Shown: positions 36,561 through 51,669 of the stretch, one piece after another | How positions within the stretch are numbered: position 1 is the first letter of the stretch | Layout: each line of letters opens with the position of its first letter | Source of the DNA: Octopus sinensis | Lineage: Eukaryota | NCBI RefSeq assembly: GCF_006345805.1 | Contig: NC_043000.1 | Span: 42,904,001-42,968,000, forward strand | Direction: 5' to 3' | Length of the DNA stretch: 64,000 bases | The notes under the pieces: generated by a model | Told to the model about the DNA's origin: nothing | Seen by the model: only the letters and a program-made list of their open reading frames with translations | Databases searched by the model: none | Program-made: the position numbers and the translations under genes

Positions 36561-37699
36561 CATTTCAATTAACAGCAAAATAGATTCATGTCAGAATTTT
36601 TAGAATTAATTCTTGTTATAACTGCTGTGGAAATGTTGCATCGTCATGAAAATGTTCTTCGGTTACATGAGATATTACAATAGCTAGAGATCGAACACGT
36701 TGTTGTGGTAATACCAACATGTGAACTTTAATGTAAATGAGATAGCCGAAACTTGAATATTCGTATGTACCTTTGTTGTTGAAAAATTGCCTTCTAACAT
36801 TAGCTATCTGTTCAGAGAAAATTATCATTGCTTCCAAAGATAGCGTTAGGAAGAGAATCTCGCATAGAAATATATAAACGAATCAAAGATAGTGAGTAAT
36901 AATTAATAATAATTCCTCATTCAGTCTCAAAAGTGAATGGTGTAGTAACTATATACAATGGAGTTTTAACCGGTGGGAATGCATCAAATTTACATTTTCT
37001 AGTCGCGTCTTCTATTTGCGACAAGTATTATGCAAAGGAAATTACATGCCATGTTCGGTATTACAACTTATGAACTTTATTGAACATTTATGAGTTCTGT
37101 GTTGAATAAATGGCGGGTAAACATAGCATCTTAGATTAACTGTGCAATTTTGCGTTGTCTATGCTTTAAAGAATTTTAAATCCCAAATATGTAAATTATG
37201 AAAGGCGTTTAGCAGTTGTACCACTGTAAATACTTTTAGAAATTTTATACGTCTAATGGTTTACTGCGTTACCATATTCAGTTTTTTCTTTCAATATTTT
37301 CGATGACATTGATTAAGTATACGTCCTATTTATACTTATTATAAATAGGATGCACACGGGTTTACTGTACGCAAATTTATAGTTAGAGCAACTACTTTAC
37401 TCATCGTATTTAAATTAACAGTAAAAATATACACGATTGTACGTTCATCCTTGTTTACATATTTATTTTCCAGTTAACAAAATAGTCAAGTTTCGTTTAA
37501 CGTCTAAGCAGACGACCTACTAAAGATAGCGGCAAAATCGCTCTTTATTCAAACTCTGTCATCTGAGGGAGAAACAAGGGATGTAATGGATAAAAGTTAA
37601 TACTAGATATAGTTATGTCTCCTCAAATAAAGGACGGATCCGTCTTGATTTAGAAGCATTTAGTTATAAGTATACAAAATCAAAGTTGACTTGGTTTTA

Positions 37700-37995
<296 letters not shown>

Positions 37996-39461
37996 TGATA
38001 TATAAATTATGCAGAAAATTCTTGATCAACAACATATTGACTACCATCGATTATTATGTTTTAATACAAAACTTTATCCCTTCTAACAGCCGTTTCTGCT
38101 TCCAATGTCCCACAGCGCTGCCAAAGAAAATTCTGACAATAAAATTCGTCATATTCTATAGCATCTGGTACATGGAGCTTCATCAGAGTGAAGGAAAATA
38201 CATAAAAGAAAAGAAAAGTGCCTCGGGAGGAGGAACGAAGTCTTAATATATTTGAATCATACCATTTTCCAGTGTAACGCTTCAGGCCGTTGAGTAAATG
38301 ACTAAACTAGTAAATTAATTGGTAGGTTAATCGTTATTTATGGGTAACAGAATGTATAAATAATAAAAAGTAACATAAGTACTTTAGTAACGGGCTACAC
38401 CAATAGGTCTAGAAAAAGAATAGTACTTATGATTTCGTAAATAGTACTAATTAATATTTATCTAAATAACATGCCTATAAATTAATTGCATTTATATACT
38501 TCCTATTGTAAAGACCAACCACTTATTGTTCGTAATGGGATTGACCATAGTCCAGCCATCAATATAATTGGCCAGTTAAATTTTAAATCCAAAGGGCAAG
38601 CTACTAAGACCGTTATAGGGCTAGATGTAAATAAAAAAGCTAATAAAAAGCAAAAGTATGGAGAAGTAGCATATGTTATAAGTAGCCAAAGGCCGCTTAT
38701 GACATTATAAATAAACCAACCAAACATGTAAACAAGCATCGTGCAAAAGAAGGTAATACGATTAAGGGGAGACTACCGTTAAGGGGAGGTAATGACTAGG
38801 GCATTGACCTTTAATTATTTGATTATAATACTAAATCTTTCTTCTGAAATAGCCACCAAAGTCCCGAGTTTCCAATAATAATAACGTATATAACTTGAGA
38901 TGTTTGTCTTACCTTAGTGTTTGTTGTCCTCTTTAACAATTATAAAAATACATTCATATATATATATATATTAATCTACATGAGTTTACAAGCATGAACT
39001 ATGTAAGTAGGCGTATATATGCATATACAATATGTACTATATTATACATATACATCTACAATTTCACATAGTGTACGTGTGTATATGTATTTTCATATAT
39101 ACACATAATGTTTGTGTACATACGTATGAATGTAATTGTATACTTGTTTGTGCGCGAGTGTGGGCGTATGTTTAATGTACCAAGTGAATGCTGAATTAAC
39201 AAACATTTCAGACAGTCTTGGTTAATAAAGGAAATTACGGTAAAAGTTATTTACTAAATTGCTTTTGTCTCGTTGCAAAATAACAATAACAATAGGAATG
39301 ATAATAACAACAACAGCAGCAACAACAACAAGAGGAACAACAACAACAAAAATAATGGGACGAAAAGAAGAACAAAACAAAAAGCATAACAACGAAAGAT
39401 TAAGAAAGATTGAGACAAAAATATAAAATGCTAAAATGTAAGAATGATATCGAAATTAAGA

Positions 39462-39560
39462 GAAGAAGAAGAAGAAGAAGAAGAAGAAGAAGAAGAAGAA
39501 GAAGAAGAAGAAGAAGAAGAAGAAGAAGAAGAAGAAGAAGAAGAAGAAGAAGAAGAAGAA
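39462..39560. repeat. Pure (GAA)n
   Basis: Read directly from sequence. Confidence 0.97.
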
Positions 39561-40039
39561 AACAAAAGCCTTTATCAATATGTTAAACTTTTCTAAGATC
39601 AACGATTCTTAGAAAGCCGAATAAAATATCATGACAAAGTTTAAATAAAATCAAAATATATAAATCCAGTTATGTCACGAGAAGAAGCGGAGCGAAAGTG
39701 ATATTGGTATTTAAATATTACTAGTAGTAGTAACAGTGTTTCTACACATCCAAACACCCGCGCGCGCACACACACATATAAATAACAGGATAAATATTCT
39801 TTATGCCAATATTAATAAAATCAGCAACATACATGAATTTTAAGCATTCCTCTACGAAATGGCTGAAAATGACAAAAATCATGATTAAAAAAATATACCA
39901 GAAATATAAATATATATATATATATATATGAACAAAGAAAACAATTACAACAAACAGAAGCACCAAATTCATGAATGCAAAAAATATTAAGGACAAAACA
40001 AATTGACAAAACCAATATTATAATCAACAATGTCAATGA

Positions 40040-40041
40040 CA

Positions 40042-40078
<37 letters not shown>

Positions 40079-40115
40079 GGGTGATGATGATGATGATTAT
40101 GATGATGATGATAAT
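40040..40115. repeat. (GAT)n
   Basis: Read directly from sequence. Confidence 0.93.
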
Positions 40116-40879
40116 CCAGCAAAGATGTCTGCACCGAAAGTATCTAGTAACAACGATTAAAATACAACCAATCAAATCGAATCAGTGACGAATATGTTGA
40201 AGGATAACCATTTAAGTAATATTTCTAAAATTTATTGATCGCTACCTCTATAATTAATGGATTATAAATGTTCAATTTTCGGCAATCTCATACCATGTGT
40301 AAGCTAACTATCGGAGTTTGGCTCATATCAGCAACAATTCAATTTTCACTGTCCACATAAAATTGATTCACCAGGCGCGTAAACGCCGTATTGTTGAACT
40401 CGTGTCAGAAGACGTACTTAAGAATCTAATGTAAAAAGGAGTAGAAAAATTGAATATATATAATCTCCTATCACCAGAAACAAAATAAACTGATACTCGA
40501 CGAAAATTATGACCATCTAAATAAAAAAGCAAATTTTATTCTTTAATTTTCGCAAATAAAGTAGAATAGGTGTACATGTGTTAATGGACACAAAAATATA
40601 GTTCTATTGTTCTATGCATTTTCTACATGCACAGAGCTGAAATCTAACCTCATAACAAAGGTATGACTATAGTCTTTTATAATATATAGAGAGAAAATAA
40701 CCTGTGACACACTAAATTAAGACTAATGTACTGTCTCATACTTAGTGAACACAGACACGATCATCAATGTCACTAGACTAAATTAAATTATATACGCAAC
40801 TGTTAATGTAGTTAAAAAGTAAGCAACGCAGAAAGGAATTATACATTCCTGTCATTGGACTGCGACTGTGCTAGAGCAC

Positions 40880-41440
40880 TGCCTCGAAGGATTAAACATT
40901 CACTGGTTACTATGCCGGAAGAATGGATACAGGGTGCTTGCTATCACCATTCACCAGTAATGGTAATGGACGAAAACGGGAAGACAAAGATCCTCTGGGA
41001 TTTGACTTACAGACAAAGTGTTAGAGCATCAAAGGCCATATGTAGTAGCCTTTAGGAGGGACAAGCAATAATGCCTAATAATTGACGTGACAGTGCCAGG
41101 AGATCAACATATTATCATGACAGAAAGAGAAATGGTCGACAAATATGGAGACCTGAGAACTGAGGTCATCAAGATGCGGCAGCTGTGAGAGTCAAACATA
41201 ATGGTTGTTCCTGTTGTCATCGGGGCATTGGGTTCAATACCTAAAAGCCTGAAGAAACATCTGTACACTTAAGGAATACTCTATAGTCTTGGTGTATTGC
41301 AAATATCATCTTTACTTGGAACTGCATGCATACTGAATAAAGCACTATCTGCCTGAGATCCTACTTGTAATTTGACAGACATTACAAATTCCCGGTCCAC
41401 ACAATATTGGATACTGTGCAACGTCTTCAATAATAATAAC
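40880..41440 (+). mobile_element. R4/Dong-type LINE copy 4 (REL endonuclease and 3' end with TAA tail)
   Basis: IHWLLCRK, KTKILWD, LIIDVTVPGD..DKYGDLRTEV, VVPVVIGALGSIPKSLKKHL, LLGTACILNKALSA*, then UTR ending CAATAATAATAAC. Confidence 0.85.
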
Positions 41441-41620
41441 AATCCTTTTTATTATAGGCACAAGGCCTAAAATTTTCGAGGAGAGAACTAATCGATTACA
41501 TTGACTCCGGTTCTGAACTGGTGCTTTATTTATCGGTACCCAAAGTGCGAAAGACAAAGCTGACCTCGGTGGAATGCCGTTTAGCATTTCGTCCAACGTG
41601 ATAACGATTCTGCCGACTTG
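41441..41620 (-). mobile_element. SINE family B (internally deleted), tail-to-tail with LINE copy 4
   Basis: AATCCTTTTTATTATAGGCACAAGGCCTAAAATT tail; GCTGACCTCGGTGGAAT. Confidence 0.75.
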
Positions 41621-42869
41621 AGTAATAGCTTCTAATTTTGTAATATATGAGTATAGCAATATATATAAGTTCAACAATTTTGAGGGAATGACTTAGTTAA
41701 TTACATTGACTCCAGTGAAAGATAAAGATTCGACAATTGCGATGTAGATGGTAATGTACATATTGCATATAGATAGAAAGTCAATTGTTTTTTTCTCCTT
41801 CAGATCTTTTGTAAACAGAAGTGACAATAATAATTTGGTAGACGTTTATGAAAAACATTAGGCTGGAAAATTTTCATCGAAAAAACAAATTCAATTATAA
41901 GATATAAAAGATTTAAAATTAAATCTATTAAATAGATGACAGCAGACATTCTTATTAGGTTGAAAGTGACACCTGTTGCGATACAGTCACTGCTGCTGCG
42001 ACGTCATAGCTGATGTTGGTTCATTCTGTCAACGTAGGTTTTAATGGGACCCATATTGCTTTTGGTGCATGTGTTGTTGCTGATGATGTTGGAAATGTTG
42101 TTGTTGTTGTTGCTGCTGTTGTTGTTGGTGGTGGTCGTGGTGGTAGTGGTGGTGGTGCTGCTGCTGATGATGATGATTGATTATTTTTTTTAGTAATTAG
42201 ATCAGCTCTGATCGAGAATGCCAATAATGAATGGTATACTAACCATGAAACATTTTCTTTTGTAGATATTACTGCATAACTGCATCTAAAGTGACCTTTC
42301 ATGTTTCTAGACGCTATGGGGTGATTCGAGGAAGATTCGCCTGTTTTGTTTAGCAGATAAAGTGAACATTCTAAGCTCACTCTCGTTAGTTCATATTACC
42401 CTTGAGTAGGTCCATACTAAGCAGATCCAAAATAATTATCTTCCACCTGTGAAAATATCATCTTTTGTTTCCGAACCTAGCTATCTATTGAACACACACT
42501 CTTTGCTTTCTCATGACACCATATTCGATCCAACATGATGTCGTCTGGAGTATGTGCATTCTACCATGTCTTCGAGACAGCTAAGACTTCAGAAGAGAAA
42601 TGTTTGGTAGACTAAGTTATATGAAATTACTGCATATATGTATATACATGCATACATACATGCATTCATACAGAGAAACAGACAAATACACACACACATA
42701 CACACACATATATATATATGTATGTGTAAGAGTGTGTATACACACACAAACACAACATACACATATACATATGTATGTAGGAATATATAAATATATATAT
42801 ATAGCATATACATGTGTGTGTGTGTGTGTAATAGACAAATACGCAAACAGGTAGTCAGACGGACAGACA

Positions 42870-43118
<249 letters not shown>

Positions 43119-43634
43119 ATGTGCCTTTTACTTGGACTTTTCCGTCTTTGGTCGATGATATTGCAGAAAAGGTAACTTAGCTACGTCTCGATGTGCCCGG
43201 GTTGTTTTAAGAAAAAGATTCTCGCCCCAAGTATACTTACTATCTCTCTATTGATGGCCATGTCACGAAAGAAAAATAAGTTAATATGTTCATGGTATCC
43301 GTGGAACTGCAGAGGATGCCAGACAGTGGTTAAGTATAAATATACGTATCTACCTTAGAGCCAATTCCACCGTATTTTCTGTAGGGTGTTTCATCCATTA
43401 GTCAAATTTCAAACGTTCAATGCAATACACCAACAAAAGTGCAGAGGTTTATTATTATAGTGGATATGTTTTCTGCAGAACCAATCCAACACTCTTTTCC
43501 TTCAACTTGCTCTGGTGCAACAAGCCCAACGAGTACCACGAGCCAAGCAATTATCAAGATGCAGGATTTTTATGTGGTTATCTTCTCTTAGATGAGAGCT
43601 AACGAGTTGATGAACCTCATTTACTTTGGGTTCT

Positions 43635-44020
43635 TCTGGAAGCACTCCGTCGGTTACGACGATGAGGGTTCCGGTTGATCCGACCAACGGAACAGCCTGC
43701 TCGTAAAATTAACGTGTAAGTGGCTGAGCACTCCACAGACACGTGTACCCTAAACGTAGTTCTCGGGGATATTCAGCGTGACACAGAGAGTGTCAAGGCC
43801 GGCCTGTTGAAATACAGGTACAACAGAAACAGGAAGAAAGAGTGAGAGAAAGTTGTGGAGAAAGAGAACAGCAGGGATCACCACCATCCCCTGCCGGAGC
43901 CTCGTGGAGCTTTAGGTATTTTCGCTCAATAAACACTCACAACGCCCGGTCTGGGAATCGAAACCGCGATCCTACGACCGTGAGTCCGCTGCCCTAACCA
44001 CTGGGCCATTGCGCCTCCAC
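43635..44020 (-). mobile_element. Full-length tRNA-derived SINE family D with a 12-bp target-site duplication
   Basis: Head GGAGGCGCAATGGCCCAGTGGTTAGGG (A box) ... GGTTTCGATTCCC (B box); ACTTTGGGTTCT is duplicated at 43623-43634 and 44021-44032. Confidence 0.9.
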
Positions 44021-45138
44021 ACTTTGGGTTCTATTGAAATGTCTGTGAGTGACCTTAATCTGGAGGTAATTCCCGAACATGTTAATTAATCCACAGCTGA
44101 GACCCTAGCAAGTGCTGCTACTCTGCATCAGAATTGAACAGGACATAATAGTGGCTAAGAAGTTCCATAATCCTCAAAATCCTGGAATTCCCTAACAGGG
44201 GTCACACAACCAGTTGCAGTTCAAAATCATACATGGTCATACCTGTACGTGTTTAATAATGACACAAATACACATATTTTCATATATAAATTTATATATC
44301 TATGGATTTATATATGATAAAGTATTATATAATTTATAATGATAAACTTTGTGCATAATATGGTATATTTAAATGCACATCCACATATATACACATACAT
44401 GTGTGTGTATGTATGCATTTATATTCATATGTATATTTGCATGTATGTATTAAGTAATCTCGTGTGTTCTTATTATACGTATATGTACATTCATATATAT
44501 TTACATATATAAACACAGATAAGTGTGTACGTGTTTGCTTGTCCGTCTGTGTGTGTGCGTGTATGTGTGTGTTTGCGCGCGCGTCATCTGTGTATGTGTG
44601 CGTCTAATCACTGAAGACATTTCAGACAACCCTTTGAATATATCTTATTAACGAAATCTATAAATTTCAATAGTTTAGTTATGACTATTTCATTTTTCTC
44701 TGATTGGTAATATCAAGATTCTTTACATAATCGTCTGCATTTTTGGAACTAAGTATGGTAAATTTAAATAAAACATAATGTTTGTGTGTGTGTGTATGTG
44801 TGTGTGTGTGTGTGTGAGTGAACATGTATGCATGAATGTTTATATACGTATGTATGTATACAAGTATGCATGTGAGTGTGTGTGAGTGTGTGTCTTGACT
44901 GGCATTTTTGTTTGTTTCTCAAAGCATATATTATTCACTAACTTTTAATATTGTTATCACAATGAGTGCGTTTATAAGTTTACTTACTCATACAGTGACT
45001 CATTCACGCTGCCTCACACACGTACAACACACACACACACTCACACACGAGCGCATAAATATATATGCATACACTTATGTGTATGTATATTGATACATAC
45101 ACATATATATGTGTGCATATGTACAAGCACACGTACTC

Positions 45139-45139
<1 letters not shown>

Positions 45140-45180
<41 letters not shown>

Positions 45181-45201
45181 TATATATATATACATATATA
45201 C

Positions 45202-45270
<69 letters not shown>
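45140..45270. repeat. (TA)n
   Basis: Read directly from sequence. Confidence 0.95.
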
Positions 45271-45273
<3 letters not shown>

Positions 45274-46108
45274 ACACAAATACATGCATATCTATAGTTA
45301 TCTATCTGTCTCACACACTCATTGCTCATATGTATATCTGCAAATATGCTTCCAACCACAAGCACGCGCTCGTACGCAGAAGGACAGATACAGTGATGAT
45401 GATGTATAGTATAATCACATCATTAGCCATTTATTCTTTCTGGTAGATATCAAATACCAACACAATTTATGACATATGTAGTAGCGAAAGAAATAATATG
45501 TCTTTAAGTGCATTTTTTAAAAAATGTTTGAAATAAAGGGACATAACTGAATACTGGAAGGTATTTTGTCTGTCATCAGTAAATAGCATTGATTGCTTAA
45601 AAATTGGTATTAAGTCATTATTTTTACTTTTTCATTGACTCTAATTTGAACAGACCAATGATCAAAGAAGCTAAAGTCCTTATTTTTTTACTTTTTTTCT
45701 TTTTCTTCCCACTTTTTTTAAAATACGGTTATATTTGTCGAATGTAACTAGCATATCATTTGAACGATATTTAACTGCATTTTCTAGATGTCAGACCTAC
45801 AACATAGAGTCTTCTTCTTTACTGAACTAGGAGAACAAATATCACATATTAGAAACCAGCCCTCTATAAGCATCCAGTCTGTTTTCCAGTCGTGGTATTT
45901 CCAGGTCAACAATACCCAAAGGCCCTCTTTTATTAATATTTGTTTATTATATTTCTTGTTCAAATATATTGTCTTTGTTTCAATTACTTTTTAAAAATAA
46001 CGAAGTATTTAATAAAATAACTTTCTCATTATTAAGCTGTTGTCTGGAACAAATTAATATAAAATGTTGGTGGGAGATTATAATTTAGATCACTTTAAAA
46101 TATGTGAA

Positions 46109-46437
46109 GGCGTATGGTTCCGTTGTTATAGCGTCGGACTCACAATCATGAGGTAGTGGGTTTGATTCTCGGTCCTGGCTGTGTGTTGTACTTTTGAGCA
46201 AGGGTCCTTATTTCACGGTGTTCCGGTTCACTCAGCTATAGAATTGCGTTGCAACGTCACTGGTGCCAAGCTGTATAGACCTTTCCATTAGATAACATCG
46301 GTGGACAGGAGGGAGGAAGCTGGTATGCAAGGGCGACTGCTGGTTTTCAATAAGCAACTTTGCCCAGTTTTGTGTCTCAGAAGGGAACTTTCTAGGTGTA
46401 ATCTCATGGTTATTCATGACCAAAGGCGCTCTTTACC
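46109..46437 (+). mobile_element. tRNA-derived SINE family C
   Basis: CACAATCATGAGGTAGTGGGTTTGATTC head; body matches 56891-57215 in reverse. Confidence 0.75.
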
Positions 46438-47204
46438 ATTCTAAAAGAGTTTGTGTCATAGAACCAGAGGCGGTCTCGAGCACAGTGTAGTTTAATTTGC
46501 TTCTCTGAAAAACTAGTAATGACTGGAAAATCTAGGTGACATATGAAGGAATCGATCATGTTCCTAAACCAAATTATTATTAGGAAGCAAAACCTTGATT
46601 TTACTATAACTAATTTCCACTTCATCAAAATCGCTTTATCGGATTGTTGAGCGTACTTTGTAAAGTAAATATAGAGGAGTCACATTGTAGAAAGAGTATA
46701 GAATACACAAGACGTATGGAATTGTGCGAGTTAGAATCATAGCCGGATATGCTGCTTACTGTAAGTGTACACTGTTTCAGCAGTGGCAGTCTCGTTGCTT
46801 TAAAATGAGCTACTTTGTGTCCTAGCTGACTAGTATTGCACAAAATGCAAAGATGAATGCAGTGCAGTAATTCGCGGTCTGACGAGAAATGCAAGAAATG
46901 CTTCATCGAGTACAAGAACATAGGGAAACAAAGAAAAATTCTCAACAAGCATTCAAATATACAACAGCTGAATATTTTGAATGAAAACAGTTACATCTCG
47001 TTTGCGGTGGTGATAGCAAAGGACAGATGTAAAAGCAATATTCATCCAAAATATGGATATAAACGAATCCGGTGATTATTCGGGATTGCCAGTGATGAAG
47101 AGTACCAGTTAAGGAAATACTAGCTTAAGGGAATAAAAAGTGACAAAATTTCTTGCTCTCCTGTCAACAAACAGAAAGGTAGTTTTCAGCAGAGCGAAAT
47201 AATT

Positions 47205-47601
47205 TCTTTTATCTTTTACTCGTTTTAGTCATTGGACTGCAGCCATGCTGGGGCACCAGCTTAAATCTTTAGTCGAATGAATCAACCCCAGTTTTTATTT
47301 TTTTAACCCTAGTACTTATTCTATAGGTCACTTTTGCTGAACCACTAAGTTACGATGATGCAAACACACCAACAACAATTGTTAAGCGGTGATGGCGATG
47401 ACAAACACAGATACGACACAGATACGATATATGCACCAAGGGCTTCTTTCAGTTTCCGTCTACCAAATCCTCCCACAAGGCGTTGTTCGGCCCGAGGCTA
47501 TAGCAGGAAAAAACTTGCCCAATGTGACAAGAAGAGAGACTGAACCCGAAACCATGTGGTTGGGAAGCAAGCTTCTTACCACACAACCATGCCTGCGCCT
47601 A
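47205..47601 (-). mobile_element. SINE family A, full length and diverged
   Basis: GGCTTCTTTCAGTTTCCGTCTACCAAATCC...CTTACCACACAACCATGCCTGCGCCT. Confidence 0.85.
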
Positions 47602-48544
47602 TAAACGTATCTAAAGTATAAATATATGCAAATACAGAAACTTGAATATACAGATATGAGCATGTCTGTGTGTTCGTATATGAATATATTTTACACACAT
47701 GCCCTCACTATTTGTGTGTGTGTATGAGTATGTGTTTGTGTATGTGTGTGTGTGTGTTCATAAATATTCCTGTGTTTGAGTGAAATGGGAAGATGGAAGT
47801 GGGTGAGCCACTCGAGCGAGCGGCGAGTATAAGGCGTAAAACAAAACATTTTTACCCGAATTGATAAAGAAAACAAGACGAGATAGATTCACGATGGTAA
47901 TTGTTATTAGTTTGATTTTCAGAGAAACGGAAAGAACTAATTGTTATGATGTCTCAGACATTAACATTCTTAGCGTTTAGAAAAGAAAGGAAGAATCGTC
48001 ATAACGATTAGCGCTTTGTTTATTTATTTATCTATTTATTTATTTGTGCGTCAACCTAATAATTTTGTTTTTGCTTTTACATTCCTTCTTCATGTATGTG
48101 TGTGTGTGAGAGAGTGCATGAGAGAGAAAGTGAGAGAGACAGTGTGTGTGTGTATATATATACATGCATGTGTTTATGCGTTATAAAATGTGTTTATAAA
48201 TACATACACACATACATAGGGTGTACAAAGGATAATAAGGATGATACATTTGGAATTCACAGAATATATAGATATGTTTATTATGTATGTATATATAAGT
48301 TTACATATACACATAATAAATATGTCTATATATTCGGGGGGATTCCAAACGTATCCTAATGTAATCCTTATTGTCCTTTGCACGCCCTGATGATTATCCA
48401 TACATGGCATTTAAAATGCAAAATTATATATTTATATATGGTTTGTAATTCTAATTTTGTTTGTGAAATGAAACAATTGTAGGTGAATATGTCGATTAAT
48501 TAATAAATTAATCTGTATCCATTAGATATCTGTTTTCTAACTCG

Positions 48545-48600
<56 letters not shown>

Positions 48601-48688
48601 CATACATGCATACATACATACATACATACATACATACATACATACATACATACATGCATATCTATCTATGTATCAGTCTATCTATCTA

Positions 48689-48757
<69 letters not shown>

Positions 48758-48760
48758 ATG
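48545..48760. repeat. (TA)n/(CATA)n/(TCTA)n compound microsatellite
   Basis: Read directly from sequence. Confidence 0.93.
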
Positions 48761-50357
48761 TACACAGATTTATCTATAAATATATATAGACATATACACT
48801 CACATCACGCATACATGCGTTTTCATTATCAATATAATGTTTCCATATTTTTCATGGATCCATTGGATGGTTAGTTTTATCCACATATTATCTATTCAGA
48901 TATACATATACTATAATCTCTCACGTTGCTGTTGATTTCTGATTTTATGCAATAGTTAACTCCAATACACCAAACCTTTAATCAAAACCATTCTTACTAA
49001 TACCGTTACGTCTTTTTGTTTCTTTCATTACTGTATATAAAACAGAACATTATCGAACATGTTGTTCATCTTTTAATATTACATACCTCATTCTGAGGAG
49101 ACCTGCTCTCTATTTTAGGCACGTTTTGCAACCATCAATAAGCTCTCTCGCTTGTGTTATTGCTGGTGGGTATATTCATCGTTTAACGAAGGCATTTCTC
49201 ATCAGTATTGATAGTTACCATTTCACACAACCAGTAACTGATTATACGTTTACCTAAAGCACTAAATATCTGTAATAACTTCACGTTTATTTATTGCCCT
49301 GTAATTATTATCGCCTCTTCTATAACTTACATCTACTTTCCCCACTAGCATTTCTCTTATTTGAGCAGTATATAATTCCAAGGTTTCCTTGTATTTCGAG
49401 GACAACTCCCTACGGGATAATGATTAGACTTCAGTAAGACACCAATAGCATGTACACAACACAAAACTGCTTCAATGAAAATTTCCTTCTAAACTAATTA
49501 CATACATTACATGTAATTACAAAGTTCTTTGGCAGCTGAAACTGAAATTAGACCAATTACACCTCGTCATCATTTTCGTTAATTCAATTTGATTTCATTT
49601 GTTCAACTTTATACTAAGTATTACTATAAATATTAGCTACAGAATATATATTTAAAAGATTTACTGAGTCGCATCACAAATACTATTTTACTTTTGTGTA
49701 TAATCCTTTAAAACTATCGATCGTCACCTAAATCGTATGTGAAAGGAAAGATATGTTCGAATTATTGTTATCCGCCTTAAGACATTTTGTGTCGCAATCT
49801 TGTGAAGATTAAAAATGGCGGAGGGTCAGAAATACTAAAAAACGGGATAAAATGTCTAGTTATATCCAATATTCTCTCTAAATTTGGCTCTGCATGTGCC
49901 TGTGTGTGTGTGTCTGTGTGTATGTGTGTGTGTGTGCATGCGTGCGCGTGTGTATATATAGGTATTTACTTGTGTGAAAACTCTGTCTTCCTCTGCAAAA
50001 TACATGCGCATCCATGCGAGAAACCACTTATTACAAAGAAAATTCAATCTTCAAAACTTCATGCGCGCATAATTCATTCTTTTGTACGCTAGTTGTAGAA
50101 TATATATGCGAGTACACAAGCATATGGTTTTGAAGGAACATTGATTGGATGCACATGTCCTTTTTTTTTCTGAAATACAAATTCCACAGGGCTGGCATTA
50201 ACATTTATAACAATGTCAGTAAAATGCTATGCAATATGACTAATTTAAATCAATTATACTGCTCCATTGAAGGAACCTCTACTTGCCCGTTCAGATTTGC
50301 AGTTATCTACCTTAACATCGGAAGAGCACTTTAGATAACGCAGTAGAAGTTATTCAC

Positions 50358-50585
50358 TTACCTCTTAGCATTTAACCGGCCATATCCGATCCAGATATTC
50401 GAATATTTTATGTTCAAACCAACCAAATCTGGTCTTTCAAATCTACCTTACAATATCATTGCAAAAAATAAACACTCCCAAGATCAAAATCGTGAAGCAG
50501 CGAGATAAAGCATGGTTAATTTTTTAAAATGTGAATGAATTTGTTATTTCATCTGACAGAGTAAATCTAAATGCTAAACGGTTAA
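50358..50585. mobile_element. piggyBac-type MITE, decayed
   Basis: Imperfect TIRs TTACCTCTTAGCATTT / AAATGCTAAACGGTTAA with a TTAA-like terminus. Confidence 0.55.
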
Positions 50586-51669
50586 TATATTGTCTGGTCA
50601 CAGGTCTGCTTGATCAGATAACTTGGTGCTAATCAATAACAACAGCTAAAATAAAACAGAAATTCACATTCGTTTCTCGAATGCATTGATTTATTCCTTT
50701 ATCGTACCTATCATATATAATACAGCAGATTTATTTTGACGTAGCGGAAGTTTTTTCAAATGAGATACATTCTATGAAATCTTTGACTGAAATGTCAAAA
50801 GGTACAATAATCCTAATCGACGAAATTGCTTTACTCAGAAGACTATTTTGAAACTAGTTCAGAGATAAAGGTGCGCTAGTGATGGCTATGTGCATCAGAT
50901 GGATTATTCAACGTTGAAACATAAAGTGATTATACATCACTGGTCACGAAAGAGCGTCAGAAAAGACCACGCTGGAAACAAACCATGAACCATAAACGAT
51001 GTCAAGCATGTAGCAAAAGAGGTACGTAGAATGTGCGGGCAAAGACATTTCTTTATGAACAACCGGAAATAGGCCATAACAACCATCCTAAGATAATTTC
51101 TAAACGAGGAAGCATCGATATGGTTGAACACCACCTAAATATCACTTCCTGATTAAAAGAAGATTTGTAGTGATTATGATGATGATGGTTATGATCATGT
51201 TCAGTTACTAATTTCTGACCATTTGCCAATGTAAGGAACCGTTATATTCTGTAACATCGTGTAATTTATTCTTTTGCACAACGTTGGATGACGTATGAAC
51301 ACTGAAGACAGATTATAAAGCAAAAAGGTTAAGAAATCAAAACAGTTTCTAAATCAGTAGCATGAAAGATCAACAAGTCTTGTAATGTCTGTTGTAGAGA
51401 TGTAATCTTAATGGAAACATAAGCTACGAGGAATGCATATAGAGTAAAGAAGCTCATGAAAGGAAGAGGGCTGTAAATCCTTACCATTAACTTACGTTAT
51501 GGTGTCTCTGGAATTTTATCTCTAGACTACACATAATGTGGTTGGTTATCAGTTCCAATCAGAATCGAACATTTCAATTCCAGTTATTTTAAATTATCCA
51601 TTTTTAACAGATGGGTCTTGGTTCAATTCTGAAACTTACATGAAAACAAAAATTTTCATTTTTCAGATA

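Noticed and set aside
37325-37352. 11-bp hairpin TCCTATTTATA/TATAAATAGGA
   Set aside because: Short and AT-rich; expected by chance in 64 kb.
43940-44018. tRNA-like sequence (also the heads of SINE families A, B and C)
   Set aside because: A and B boxes are present but there is no complete acceptor stem, and each runs directly into a SINE body.
47790-47850. CpG-rich patch with TATAAG as a promoter
   Set aside because: Too short, with no downstream gene evidence.
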